DNA from: Thermoanaerobaculia bacterium
Lineage (GTDB): Bacteria > Acidobacteriota > Thermoanaerobaculia > UBA5066
NCBI GenBank assembly: GCA_963719225.1
Contig: CAVRAY010000001.1
Coordinates: forward strand, 384,001 to 448,000
DNA: 64,000 nucleotides
Direction: 5' to 3'
The notes under the pieces were generated by a model. That model worked only from the letters and a program-made list of their open reading frames with translations. It was not told the DNA's origin and ran no database searches. Below are positions 1 to 9,398 of the stretch, in pieces. The position numbers and the translations under genes were made by a program. Every line of letters starts with the position of its first letter. The first letter of the stretch is position 1.

Positions 1-156
1 ACGAGATCCTCGACGCCGTGTCTCGTGATGAAGACCGGCTCTCCGGTTCGGTGACAAAGCCGCGAGATCTCGTGTGACTTGTTGCGCAGGTCGGAGATCG
101 ACCGGATGGACGGCATGGAAGGATCCTATCAAAATCGTGATAGTTCCTCACACGCG

Positions 157-1650
157 TCACACTCCCGCGGGAAGCACCGACTCCGACCGCAAAGGCGCGG
201 CGCCGCCGTCCGCGGGACGCGACAGGAGGCGGCGCCGGAACTTCAGGTGCCTTTTCCGGGTGGCCTCCACGAGCGGTCCCCAGACCGTGTGGACGAGGCC
301 GTGCTTGATCAGGACGTGCCAGAGCGCGTTCGATCGCTTGTAGAGCCACGACATGGCGAGGTACGGGAGCACGGCCCGCGCCTCTTCGGGCCGGCGCCGC
401 CAGATGGAAGCCGCGGAGAAGAGCCGCTCGTAGAGCCACGCGTATCCGCGCTCGAGCTCCTCGGGCGACATGTGCCGCGGCCGGAAGACGGCGTGTGCGG
501 TGTCGTAGAGGTCCCAGTTCCGGTGCAGCAGCCGTCCGCCCGCCTCCATCGTCCGAAAGAGCGGAGTCCCGGGATACGGCGTCAGGATGTGAAACGTCGC
601 GCACTCGAGCCGGTTCTCCTCGATCCACTCCGCGGTCCGCGCGAAGACGTCGCGCCGGTCCCCGTCGAAGCCGAGCACGAAGCTGCCGTTCACCTGGATG
701 CCGTTCGCGTGGAGAAGGCCCACGCGCCGCGCGTAGTCGTCCGCCCGGGGAGTCTTCTTGCGCGCCTCGGCGAGGTTCGCGTCCGTGAGCGACTCGAGGC
801 CGATGAAGACGCCGGTGCATCCGGCGAGGGCCATCTCGCGGACGAGCGAAGGGTCGTCGGTGACGTCGAGCGTCACCGCCGCGCTCCAGATGCGCCCGAG
901 CGGACGGAGCCCCCGGCAGAGCGAGCGAAGGTAGTCCGGGCGCGAGCCCAGGTTGTTGTCGACGAAGACGGCGTACGGCTGTCCGCCCTCCTCGAACTCG
1001 CGCGCGACCTGCTCGACGTCGCGCACGTGGTACGGCATGCGCAGGCCCCGCGTCGAGAGATAGCAGAAGCCGCAGCGGTTGTGGCACCCACGCGTGGCGA
1101 TGAGGCTCGTGGACGTGAGGAAGCTCCGGCGCGGCACGAGGTCGCGCCGCGGGGCCGGGTCCTCCCGGTAGGGACGCTCGTAGTCCGCGTCGTAGCGGGG
1201 CGCGAGGCGGCCCTTCTCGATGTCGTCCAGGATCCGCGGCCAGAGAGCCACGCCGTCGCCGACCGCGAGGGCGTCGGCGTGCGGCGCGGCCTCGTCGGGA
1301 CAGGAAAGGACGTGAAGCCCGCCGAGGATCACGGTGGATCCGCGCGCCCGGTACCAGTCCGCGAGGGCGTAGGCGCGACACGCGAAGGTGAGATGCACGG
1401 TGATGCCGACGACCTCCGGAAGAGGATCCCAGGGCGGGCGGCCTCTCAGGAGGTTCTCGTCCCAGAGGGCGACCTCCCAGCCGGGAGGAGTCGCCGCCGC
1501 GACGCTCGTGAGGGCGAGCGTGGGCGTCAGGACGTGCTTGCCGAAGCTCGCGTGCGGGTCCTTCGGGTAGAAGGGGTTCACGAGGAGGGCGTGGCGGCGC
1601 TCGAGGCGGGACGCTGGAAGAGCCGGATCGAGGGGAGGCGCGATCGCCAT
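157..1650 (-). CDS. B12-binding domain radical SAM protein
   Basis: CxxxCxxC motif (GCHNRCGFC). N-terminal cobalamin-binding-like domain (ILGGLHV..PDEA), plus VFIGLES, FVLGFDGD and ILTPYPGTPL motifs. Start set at the ATG at 1650 (MAIAPP); the longer ORF overlaps the upstream gene. Confidence 0.88.
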   Translation of the reverse strand: MAIAPPLDPALPASRLERRHALLVNPFYPKDPHASFGKHVLTPTLALTSVAAATPPGWEVALWDENLLRGRPPWDPLPEVVGITVHLTFACRAYALADWYRARGSTVILGGLHVLSCPDEAAPHADALAVGDGVALWPRILDDIEKGRLAPRYDADYERPYREDPAPRRDLVPRRSFLTSTSLIATRGCHNRCGFCYLSTRGLRMPYHVRDVEQVAREFEEGGQPYAVFVDNNLGSRPDYLRSLCRGLRPLGRIWSAAVTLDVTDDPSLVREMALAGCTGVFIGLESLTDANLAEARKKTPRADDYARRVGLLHANGIQVNGSFVLGFDGDRRDVFARTAEWIEENRLECATFHILTPYPGTPLFRTMEAGGRLLHRNWDLYDTAHAVFRPRHMSPEELERGYAWLYERLFSAASIWRRRPEEARAVLPYLAMSWLYKRSNALWHVLIKHGLVHTVWGPLVEATRKRHLKFRRRLLSRPADGGAAPLRSESVLPAGV

Positions 1651-1702
1651 TTCGCGAGGCACGCGGAGCCGGCGAGGCCGCGAGGCGAAGGGAGCGTCGG
1701 GG

Positions 1703-2455
1703 TCAGAGAGAGCCGGCACTCGGAGCCTCGTTCCCGGAGGCAACGGGAGGCCCAGCGGAGGAAAGCCCTCCGAACCGGCGCTCGCGTTTTCGATAGCGCC
1801 GCACGGCGTCGGCCAGATCGGGGCCGCCGAAGTCCGGCCACATGCGGACGGTGAAGAAGAGCTCCGCGTAGGCGACCTCCCAGAGGAGGAAGTCGCTGAG
1901 GCGGCGCTCGCCCGCCGTCCGGATGAGGAGATCCACGTCCGGAGCCTGGTTCGCCGGGCCGTAGGCGGCCCCGAGCCGGGCCGTGAAGCTCTCGCGCGTG
2001 AAGGGCTGGAAGGGCGGGTTCTCGCACGCGCGAAGGATGGCGTCCTGCGCGGAGTAATCGACCGCGAGGCGGAGGAGCAGGGAAGTCCCCCCGGCGGTGG
2101 CGCCTTCGGCCGCCCGGATGGCGTCGGCGAGCGCGTCCGAAATCCGGTCACGGCGGCCGATGACGGAAAGCCTCACCCCCTTTTCGACGAGAAGAGCGGC
2201 CTCCTTTTCGAGGTAACGCTGGAAGAGACCCATGAGAGTTCCGACTTCTTCCGGCGGGCGCTTCCAGTTGTCGGAGGAGAAAGCGTAGAGCGTGAGAGTG
2301 CCGATTCCGAGGGCGGGCGCGGCCTCGACCGTCCGGCGTACCGCCTCGGCCCCGGCTCGATGGCCGGCGACACGCGGCGCGCCGCGCGCAGCCGCCCAGC
2401 GTCCGTTGCCGTCCATGATGATCGCGACGTGAAGACGGACGCTCTCGTTCGCCAT
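1703..2455 (-). CDS. uppS: cis-prenyltransferase (undecaprenyl diphosphate synthase family)
   Basis: [24 protein letters not shown] and [16 protein letters not shown] motifs. Confidence 0.9.
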   Translation of the reverse strand: MANESVRLHVAIIMDGNGRWAAARGAPRVAGHRAGAEAVRRTVEAAPALGIGTLTLYAFSSDNWKRPPEEVGTLMGLFQRYLEKEAALLVEKGVRLSVIGRRDRISDALADAIRAAEGATAGGTSLLLRLAVDYSAQDAILRACENPPFQPFTRESFTARLGAAYGPANQAPDVDLLIRTAGERRLSDFLLWEVAYAELFFTVRMWPDFGGPDLADAVRRYRKRERRFGGLSSAGPPVASGNEAPSAGSL

Positions 2456-2475
2456 GCGGCGACTTTCGCCTTTTC

Positions 2476-2500
2476 ACTTTACACTGTCAAGTACTTTATA
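2476..2500. promoter_or_regulatory. AT-rich imperfect inverted repeat (ACTTT-ACACTGT-CAAGT) upstream of uppS, candidate operator/promoter
   Basis: Sequence cactttacactgtcaagtactttata; reads TTGACA and TATAAA on the minus strand. AT-rich island in a GC-rich background. Confidence 0.45.
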
Positions 2501-2529
2501 GGCAGGGCCGGAGCGACCGCTCTTGCCCC

Positions 2530-3714
2530 TCAGACGACGTCGAATTCCCTGCCGACCGTGATGAATGCCTCCACCGCCTCCTCGAGGTCCGCATCCGTGT
2601 GGACCGCGGAAATCTGGCAGCGCAGCCGCGCGTGGCCTTTCGGGACGACGGGGAAGCCGAAGCCCGAAACGTAAACGCCGCGTTGAAAAAGCGCGTCCGA
2701 CATCGCGAGCGCCTTCGCCGTGTCGCCGACGATCACCGGGACGATCGGGTGGATTCCGTCCGGAATCCGGAAGCCCGCGGAACGCATGCGCGATCGGAAC
2801 GTGAGCGCGTTCTTCTGGACCCGATGGGCGGGCGACGGGTCCTCCATCAGCATGCGGAACGCCTCGAGGCTGGACGCCGCGACCGCGGGCGGGAGCGCGT
2901 TCGAGAAGAGCGACGTGCGCGAGCGCTGTCTCAGGAGGTCCACGACGGGCGCGGGCCCGGTCGTGAAGCCGCCCGCCGCCGAGCCCATCGCCTTGCCGAG
3001 CGTCGACGTGAAGAGCGAGACGCGATCCAGGACACCCAGCTCCTCGGCCGAGCCGCGGCCGGTCTTCCCGAGGACGCCTGTCGCGTGGGAATCGTCCACC
3101 ACGAAGGTCGTGTCGTACTTCTCGCAGAGGTCCGCGAGCTCGTGGAGCGGACCGATCTCGCCTTCCATGGAAAAAACGCCGTCCGTGATGAAGAGCCGGC
3201 GGCGCGACGCCTGCGCCTCCTGGAGGGCCTTCTCGAGCGCCGGAAGGTCTCCGTGCGGCGTCAGGAAACGCTTCGCCTTGCAGAGGCGGACGCCGTCGAT
3301 GATCGAAGCGTGGTTGAGGGCGTCGGAGAGGAGCGCGTCCTCCTCGCCGAGAAGCGGCGCGAAGAGGCCTTCGTTCGCGTTCCAGCAGGACATGTAGAGG
3401 ATCGTGTCCTCGGTCCCGAAGAACCGCGAGATCGTCCCTTCGAGCTCCTTGTGGAGGGCCTGCGTGCCGCAGATGAAACGCACCGAGCCGACCCCGTTGC
3501 CCCACTTTTCGAGCGCCTCCTTCGCGGCCTTCACGATGCGCGGGTGGTTCGCGAACCCGAGGTAGTTGTTCGAGGTGAGCATGAGGACGTCGCGTCCGTC
3601 CACGCGCACGCGAGCGCCCGTGGGACCTTCGAGTACCCGCTCCTTCTTCCAGGTCTTCGCGTCCTTGAGCGCGGAGACCTCGGCGCGGCAGAAATCGACG
3701 AGGCTGGTGTTCAT
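2530..3714 (-). CDS. kbl: glycine C-acetyltransferase (2-amino-3-ketobutyrate CoA ligase)
   Basis: SNNYLG, SVRFICGT, DALNHASIIDG, TDGVFSMEG, DDSHATG, TLGKA (PLP lysine) and LRCQISA. Start at ATG 3714. Confidence 0.9.
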   Translation of the reverse strand: MNTSLVDFCRAEVSALKDAKTWKKERVLEGPTGARVRVDGRDVLMLTSNNYLGFANHPRIVKAAKEALEKWGNGVGSVRFICGTQALHKELEGTISRFFGTEDTILYMSCWNANEGLFAPLLGEEDALLSDALNHASIIDGVRLCKAKRFLTPHGDLPALEKALQEAQASRRRLFITDGVFSMEGEIGPLHELADLCEKYDTTFVVDDSHATGVLGKTGRGSAEELGVLDRVSLFTSTLGKAMGSAAGGFTTGPAPVVDLLRQRSRTSLFSNALPPAVAASSLEAFRMLMEDPSPAHRVQKNALTFRSRMRSAGFRIPDGIHPIVPVIVGDTAKALAMSDALFQRGVYVSGFGFPVVPKGHARLRCQISAVHTDADLEEAVEAFITVGREFDVV

Positions 3715-3743
3715 ACCAGCGAGGTTATCCGAAAAACGAGGCG

Positions 3744-4853
3744 TTACTTCTTTCGGATCTCGGCCGCGACGAACTGCGTCGCCAGGAGGCTCCCGGCCGT
3801 GTTCGCGGAAACCACGAAGGTGCCTTTCACGTGAACGGCCGAGCCGGCGACGATGCCGGTGTCGAGCTTCGTGAGCCCGTTCACGAGGACGTCCCGCGAG
3901 GAGATCTTCCAGTGGCCCAGCGGAGATCCGTTCGCGGTCGGAACGGCGGGAATCGACTCGACGACGCCGTCGAACTCGGTCGCGCGCTCGCCTCCGGCCG
4001 GAGGCCTGACGGTGGGCGCCTTGACGATCGACACCGCGACGAGATACGAGGGGCCGTAAGTGCCCGGCGGCGGGTTGTGGACTTTCGCGACGACGTCGAC
4101 GATGTCGCCGACCTTCGGGTCTCCCACGATCTTCGTGTCGGAATCCAGCTGCACCGTGCGGCCCGCGATCGTCCAGGCCGTGGGCGTGATCGTCTCGACG
4201 GCCCCATGCCAGGCAAAGAGCGGGGGCGGCGTGAACGCCCCGTAGGCTTCGACGCTCGTCGCGACGAACCCGCCGGAATTCACGACGGCGACGATCGCGA
4301 ACATGCCGGCGGTGAGATCTTCGATGCCCTTGACGGCGCCGTTCGGGCCGCCGCCGGACCACTTCGTGCCCGCGCTCGTCGCGACCGTGTGGAAGAGCAT
4401 CGTGAACTTCCTGCCCGCGACGTCCACCGACTGGATCGTGCCCGTCAGCTCGCCCGCGCGCGTCTGAAACACCACGACCTTCGTCGCCGGGAGGGGCAGC
4501 GGCGGGAAGACGGCCGGGATCACGTCCGGCACCGTCACCTGCGCGACCACGCGTGCCCCGACGAGAATTCCGGACCACGGGAGGGGATTCGCGAGGCGAT
4601 CGTCACCGCCCGTGATCGTGGCGTTCGTCACGTCGATCTGGATTCCGCCTTCGATGAGGTCGAGGATCGGACCCGCGACTTTCGAAACCGTTCCTTCGAC
4701 AGAGGATGCCCTCACGGGCATGGGGAACGAGGAGCCATCTCCCGCGGCCGCAACCGGAGCCAGGCTGAAAAGAAGGAGAGCCACGACGAGAGCGGAGGAA
4801 GTTCCGAAGAGAGGAAGTCGAGAGGTGCGCGCAAGAAGGGAACGAGTCGTCAT
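3744..4853 (-). CDS. secreted protein with repeated OB-fold-like (DUF5666-like) domains
   Basis: Signal peptide and four repeated units (EGTVSKV.., GTIQSVD.., GAVETIT.., DGVVESI..), two ending in A..V/I motifs (FVATSVE, FVAAEI). Confidence 0.65.
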   Translation of the reverse strand: MTTRSLLARTSRLPLFGTSSALVVALLLFSLAPVAAAGDGSSFPMPVRASSVEGTVSKVAGPILDLIEGGIQIDVTNATITGGDDRLANPLPWSGILVGARVVAQVTVPDVIPAVFPPLPLPATKVVVFQTRAGELTGTIQSVDVAGRKFTMLFHTVATSAGTKWSGGGPNGAVKGIEDLTAGMFAIVAVVNSGGFVATSVEAYGAFTPPPLFAWHGAVETITPTAWTIAGRTVQLDSDTKIVGDPKVGDIVDVVAKVHNPPPGTYGPSYLVAVSIVKAPTVRPPAGGERATEFDGVVESIPAVPTANGSPLGHWKISSRDVLVNGLTKLDTGIVAGSAVHVKGTFVVSANTAGSLLATQFVAAEIRKK

Positions 4854-4916
4854 CGTGGCTCTCCTTCCGGACGCATGGAAGTGTCCGGGTCGGAACCGTT
4901 CCCACGACCCCGGGGT

Positions 4917-5570
4917 CTAACGACGACGTCGAACCGCCTTTTTCTTCGCGGCCTTCTTGGCGGGTCTCTTGACGAGCTTCTTTGCGGGCTTTTTCTTCGA
5001 AACGGTCCTTTTTGCCGGGCGTCGCGCCGCCTTTTTCGACACCTTCCTCTTCGCGGGCCGTGTTTTCTTCTTCGCCGCCTTCTTCGGCGCGGGGCGCCGC
5101 GCCTTCTTCTTCGCGCCGCCGAGCGAACGCGCCTGCTCGCGTCTCCTGCGCGCGTGGAGCTTCTGCTTGACGAGATCCTCGACCTGCGACGTCGGCACCC
5201 AGTCTTCGTCGGGGTGCAGGTCCGAGGCCTGGAAGACGATGATCCGGTAGCCGTCCGGATCCAGGATCTCCGCGGAGCGACCCGTGAATTCGTCGGTCGG
5301 AGGCCGGGTGACCGTGACTCCGCGCTCCTTCAGCTTCGCGATGCTCTCGTCGAGCGACCACGTGGAAAAGACCGCGGCGACCTGGTTGCGCGAAGGCACC
5401 TCACCGGGACGCAGGGGCGTGAGCTTGAGAAGCAGAGGACCCAGCGCGAATTCGACCCAGTCATTCTCGAAACCGCCGCCTTCGGGGAGCCCGAGGGTTT
5501 CCCCGTAAAACCGGCGTGAACGCTGGAAATCGCTTGCGGAAACGTGTATCCGCCTGAGAGCGAGAAACAT
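4917..5570 (-). CDS. VOC/glyoxalase family protein with Lys/Ala/Arg-rich histone H1-like tail
   Basis: SRRFYGETLGL and ILDPDGYRI VOC motifs; C-terminal KKAAKKK/PAKK repeats. Confidence 0.8.
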   Translation of the reverse strand: MFLALRRIHVSASDFQRSRRFYGETLGLPEGGGFENDWVEFALGPLLLKLTPLRPGEVPSRNQVAAVFSTWSLDESIAKLKERGVTVTRPPTDEFTGRSAEILDPDGYRIIVFQASDLHPDEDWVPTSQVEDLVKQKLHARRRREQARSLGGAKKKARRPAPKKAAKKKTRPAKRKVSKKAARRPAKRTVSKKKPAKKLVKRPAKKAAKKKAVRRRR

Positions 5571-5720
5571 CTTCAAACCTCCGAATCCGTCTCCCGGAAG
5601 GACGCCGGCCCCGAAAAACCATGGAACCGTGGGCGAGACAGTCCGCGTTCCTCCCGTTCCGGGGGAGCCGGCCAGAACTGATTTCCGGACGATGGATTCT
5701 AGAAGGAAGTGGTTGAATTT

Positions 5721-6158
5721 TCAATCACTTTCGTGCTCATGACCGACTTCCCCGCAAGGCTCGATCCAGACCGCGCCGGAAGGGCCGAACTCGTGCTTCC
5801 AGATCGGAACCCGGGCCTTGATCGCCTCGATTCCTGCCCGGCAGGCGGCAAACGCCTCCGCCCGATGAGGGGCGGACGCCGCGACCACGACCGCGACATC
5901 CCCTACCACGAGGGCTCCAACCCTATGACGGAAAAGCACTTGAGCAGCAGGATGGGCCTTCTCGAGCTCCTGGGAGATGCGGGCCATCTCCTTCTCGGCC
6001 ATGGGGCCGTAGGCCTCGTAGACGAGCCGATCCACGGAATGTCCCTCGTTTTCACTCCGCACGACCCCCACGAACAGGGCGAGACCGCCGTCTTTTCCGC
6101 GGCGAAGCCCGTTCAGAAGCGCTGAGGGATCGAGCGGGTCCGCGGAGAGGAAGCTCAT
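5721..6158 (-). CDS. moaE: molybdopterin synthase catalytic subunit
   Basis: LVYEAYGPMA, HRVGAL, SAPHRAEAF and IKARVPIWKHE. Start at ATG 6158. Confidence 0.9.
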   Translation of the reverse strand: MSFLSADPLDPSALLNGLRRGKDGGLALFVGVVRSENEGHSVDRLVYEAYGPMAEKEMARISQELEKAHPAAQVLFRHRVGALVVGDVAVVVAASAPHRAEAFAACRAGIEAIKARVPIWKHEFGPSGAVWIEPCGEVGHEHESD

Positions 6159-6192
6159 GGAAACATGATAAGACCCGTGCCGGAATCGAACG

Positions 6193-6960
6193 ATGACGAC
6201 GCGCCGCCGCCGCGTGCTGGCCGTCTCCGCGCTCAAGGGCGGGGTGGGAAAAACGACGACCGCCGTGAATCTCGCCGCCGCCGTGGCGCGCGCCGGGCGC
6301 CGGACCTTGCTCGTGGACGCCGATCCCCAGGGCGGCGTCGGGCTGTCCCTCGGACTCGCACCGGACGCGCGGGGGCTCGCGGCCTGGGTGACGAAGAACG
6401 CCTCCTTCGACGACTCGGTGGTACGAGCAGCTCGCGAGAATCTCGACGTCCTTCCGGCAGGCGACCGGCTCCTCGACGTGGAGGACGTGTTCCGCGAAAA
6501 GGGGAAGGAGAAGCGCAGGACCCGCCTCGAGAGGCGGTTCGAAGGGCTCGAGAAAGAGGAGTACGACGTCGTCATCTTCGACTGTCCGCCCGCGGCCTCG
6601 CTTCTCCTCGAGAACGTGTATCACGTGGCGGACGAGCTCATCCTGCCCGCGAAGCTCGATTTCCTCTCGCTCCCCGCGCTCGAGAAGACCCGCCTCTTCG
6701 TGAAGGAGGGGAACGCGTCGCGCGAAAAGCCGCTCCGGATCACGGGCGTCCTGCCGACGTTCTACGACCTGAGGACCAGCGTCTCGACGGAGCTCCTCGA
6801 CACCCTCCGCGAGCGTTTCACGAAGATCCTCTCGCCGATCCGCATCAACGTCGCGCTCGCCGAAGCGCCGTCCGTCGGAAAGACGATCTTCGAGTTCGAC
6901 GGCTCGTCGCGCGGCGCGGTCGACTACGCGCTCCTCGCGGAAGACCTCAAGCTGGCCTAG
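6193..6960 (+). CDS. ParA/Soj family ATPase (orphan)
   Basis: Deviant Walker A KGGVGKTT, LVDADPQG, DCPP and IRINVALAEAPS. Confidence 0.9.
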   Translation: MTTRRRRVLAVSALKGGVGKTTTAVNLAAAVARAGRRTLLVDADPQGGVGLSLGLAPDARGLAAWVTKNASFDDSVVRAARENLDVLPAGDRLLDVEDVFREKGKEKRRTRLERRFEGLEKEEYDVVIFDCPPAASLLLENVYHVADELILPAKLDFLSLPALEKTRLFVKEGNASREKPLRITGVLPTFYDLRTSVSTELLDTLRERFTKILSPIRINVALAEAPSVGKTIFEFDGSSRGAVDYALLAEDLKLA

Positions 6961-9365
6961 GGAACGTCCACGGGCGGGATCTTCAGCCGGCGGACGATGG
7001 CCTGGAAGCGGGGCTCGGAGCGCAGCGGCACCCACGGCGAGAAAACTCGGAGAAACACGAGGCGGCCTTCTCTCTCGTCGGCGGCTTTCTCCAGCCAGTC
7101 CAGCGCTTTTTGCCTGTGGCCGAGGCCGACCTCCAGGAGCACGAAAGCGAGCGGAGAGACGAACCGCTCCTTCGACATTGCCTCGAGCTTGTGAAGAGCG
7201 TCCTCGGCCTCGGCACGCCTTTCGACGCGCGCGCAGGCGTATCCCCAGGCGGCGAGCGGATCCGGCTGGCCCTCCGCGAGCTTCATGGCGCGCGTGAACT
7301 CCGAAATGGCTTCGTCGGAGTGTCCCGCCCGGAGCTGGGAAAAGCCTAGGAAGATCCGCGTCAACGGGGACGCCGGGTCCAGGTCGACCGCTTCCTTGAG
7401 CCTCGTCACCGCTTCTGCGTCATCCCCGGCGAAGTACGACGCCATTCCCACGTCCATGTTGATGACGACGTTCAGCGGGTCGAGCCGGCGCGCGAGGCGG
7501 ATCTCCCGGAGGGATTCCTCGAAGCGGCTCGACGCGCTGAGGAGGTTCGAGTACCGCTGGTGCGCTTCCGCGTCGTTCGGATTGAGGGCGATCGCGGTGA
7601 GGAATCCCTCTTCCGCGCCCTTCCAGTCCCAGTCGAACTCGTACTTCGCGTCCGCGAGCGCGGCGTGCGCACCGCTCAACGTCGGATCGAGCTCCACGGC
7701 GCGGAGAGCCGCCTCGCGCTGCTTCGGTAGGATCTCGCGGGGCGGCTGCACGCCGTAGAACGCGAGGACGTTGTACAAGTCCGCGAGGCCCGCCCACGCG
7801 AGCGCTTCTTTCGGGTCGCGCTCGAGGACTTTCTGGAAGAGGGCGAGACTCTTCTGGTAGCCCTCTTCAGTCCGCTTGTTCCACTGGTACCGAGCGCGCA
7901 GGTAGAGGTCCCAGGCCTCGGCGTCGTGCGCCGCGCGGCCGGCGAGGCGTTTCTTGTCCGCCCCGCTCAGCGGGAGGTTCAGCGATCGCGAGATCTTCTG
8001 CGCGATCTCGGCGGGCAGGGAGGACGTGCCGGCGTTCGGGCTCGTGAGCCGATCCCCCCAGATCTGCGCGCCAAGCTGCACGTCGAGGAGCTCGGCCTGT
8101 ACCGAGATGGCGTTCTCACGGCGCTGCACGCGTCCGGACAGGACGGCCTGGACTCCAAGCCTATGTCCGGCCTTACGGGGATCCTTCTCGTCGAGGCTGT
8201 ACACGGTCGTCCGCGCCATCACGCGCAGCCCGGGCACCCGGGACAGGGTGTTGATGAGGTCCTCCGTGATGCCCTCGGACAGATACTCGTCCTCGGTTCT
8301 TCCCGTGTCGTTGACGAACGGAAGGACGGCGAGGGATTCGACTCGTTCGGAAGGCCGAAGGAGGCGCGGCACGACGAGCGCCACGAGAGCGGCTGCCGCG
8401 ACGAGGCACGCGGCGATGAGCGCGGTGCGGCGCCCGCCCTTCGCTGCCGGCGAAGGCGTCACGAGCGTCGGCGCGATGGGCTCGCTCCGCGCCACGGGGC
8501 CCGAAGCCGTGCCCGCGAGCTTCAGCGCAAACGCGAGATCCTGCGCCGTCTGAAACCTCCTCCCCGGGTCCTTTTCGAGGCAGCGCAGGACGAGCAGCCG
8601 CAGATCCTCGGGGAGGCCGGGCGCGAGATCGGCGGGATCCCGGGGATCCTTGCGCAACGTGGCGACCAGAACTTCCGGGGCGGTTTCTCCCGCGAAAGAC
8701 CGCTTGCCCGTCACCATCTCGTAGAGAACACAGCCGAACGAGAAAATGTCGCTGCGCGCATCCGCGGAGTGGCGCCGGATCTGTTCCGGCGAGATGTAGC
8801 CCGCCGTACCCACGAGGGTCCCGGTCTCGGTGATCGGCGTGTCGTCTTCCGCCCGGCCCGGATCCGTGTCGCGCGCTTCGAGCGTGGCGATTCCGAAGTC
8901 GAGGATCTTCACGCGCCCGTCCGAGGTCAGAAAGATGTTGCTGGGCTTCAGATCGCGGTGGACGACGCCGTGCGCGTGCGCGGCCGCGAGACCGTCGGCG
9001 ACGGCGAGGCCGATCTCGACCGCCTTCCGCCAGGGGAGGGAGCTGCGAAGCGCGCCCTGCCCCAGCCTCTCGCCCAGGGTCTGGCCCTCGAGCAGCTCCG
9101 TGACCGCGAAGGAGAGTCCGGCCTCGGAGCCCACGTCGTGGATGTCGAGGATGTTCGGATGCGAGAGGGCCGCCACGGCGCGCGCCTCGCGCTCGAACCG
9201 CGCGCGCGCTGCCGTATCGAGGGCGAGAGTCTCGGAAAGGACTTTTACGGCGACTTCGCGGCCGAGTCGCGTGTCGCGTGCGCGGTAGACCTCGCCCATC
9301 CCGCCGGCACCGATGGGTGCCAGGATTTCATAGGCTCCGAGGCGAGTTCCCTCGCGCAGGGTCAA
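6957..9365 (-). CDS. Hanks-type Ser/Thr protein kinase with TM segment, TolB-like domain and TPRs
   Basis: IGAGGMGEVY, VAVK, HRDLKPSN, KILDFG, SLAVLPF and C-terminal TPRs. Confidence 0.92.
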   Translation of the reverse strand: MTLREGTRLGAYEILAPIGAGGMGEVYRARDTRLGREVAVKVLSETLALDTAARARFEREARAVAALSHPNILDIHDVGSEAGLSFAVTELLEGQTLGERLGQGALRSSLPWRKAVEIGLAVADGLAAAHAHGVVHRDLKPSNIFLTSDGRVKILDFGIATLEARDTDPGRAEDDTPITETGTLVGTAGYISPEQIRRHSADARSDIFSFGCVLYEMVTGKRSFAGETAPEVLVATLRKDPRDPADLAPGLPEDLRLLVLRCLEKDPGRRFQTAQDLAFALKLAGTASGPVARSEPIAPTLVTPSPAAKGGRRTALIAACLVAAAALVALVVPRLLRPSERVESLAVLPFVNDTGRTEDEYLSEGITEDLINTLSRVPGLRVMARTTVYSLDEKDPRKAGHRLGVQAVLSGRVQRRENAISVQAELLDVQLGAQIWGDRLTSPNAGTSSLPAEIAQKISRSLNLPLSGADKKRLAGRAAHDAEAWDLYLRARYQWNKRTEEGYQKSLALFQKVLERDPKEALAWAGLADLYNVLAFYGVQPPREILPKQREAALRAVELDPTLSGAHAALADAKYEFDWDWKGAEEGFLTAIALNPNDAEAHQRYSNLLSASSRFEESLREIRLARRLDPLNVVINMDVGMASYFAGDDAEAVTRLKEAVDLDPASPLTRIFLGFSQLRAGHSDEAISEFTRAMKLAEGQPDPLAAWGYACARVERRAEAEDALHKLEAMSKERFVSPLAFVLLEVGLGHRQKALDWLEKAADEREGRLVFLRVFSPWVPLRSEPRFQAIVRRLKIPPVDVP

Positions 9366-9398
9366 GCTGACTCCAGGGAATTCTATTCTCGACGCTGT

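Noticed and set aside
1-77. Possible 3' end of a plus-strand gene (EILDAVSRDEDRLSGSVTKPRDLV*)
   Set aside because: Too short to support or identify.
79-1854. Long antisense or alternative-frame ORFs (e.g. 79-1854, 7926-10118, 28383-30875, 43816-46281, 50259-52682)
   Set aside because: Arg/Pro/Ala-rich shadow ORFs expected in high-GC DNA, overlapping well-supported genes.
2530-4578. N-terminal extensions on listed ORFs (kbl, moaE, wzt, arnT, arnC, arnA, arnD, YfhO-like, M23) suggesting large fusions
   Set aside because: The extensions are out-of-frame overlaps with upstream genes; the real starts coincide with stop/start overlaps or -10 boxes.
4930-5120. Repetitive ttcttcgc/ttttt tract resembling a tandem DNA repeat
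   Set aside because: Explained by the Lys/Ala-rich protein tail; no fixed repeat unit or spacers.
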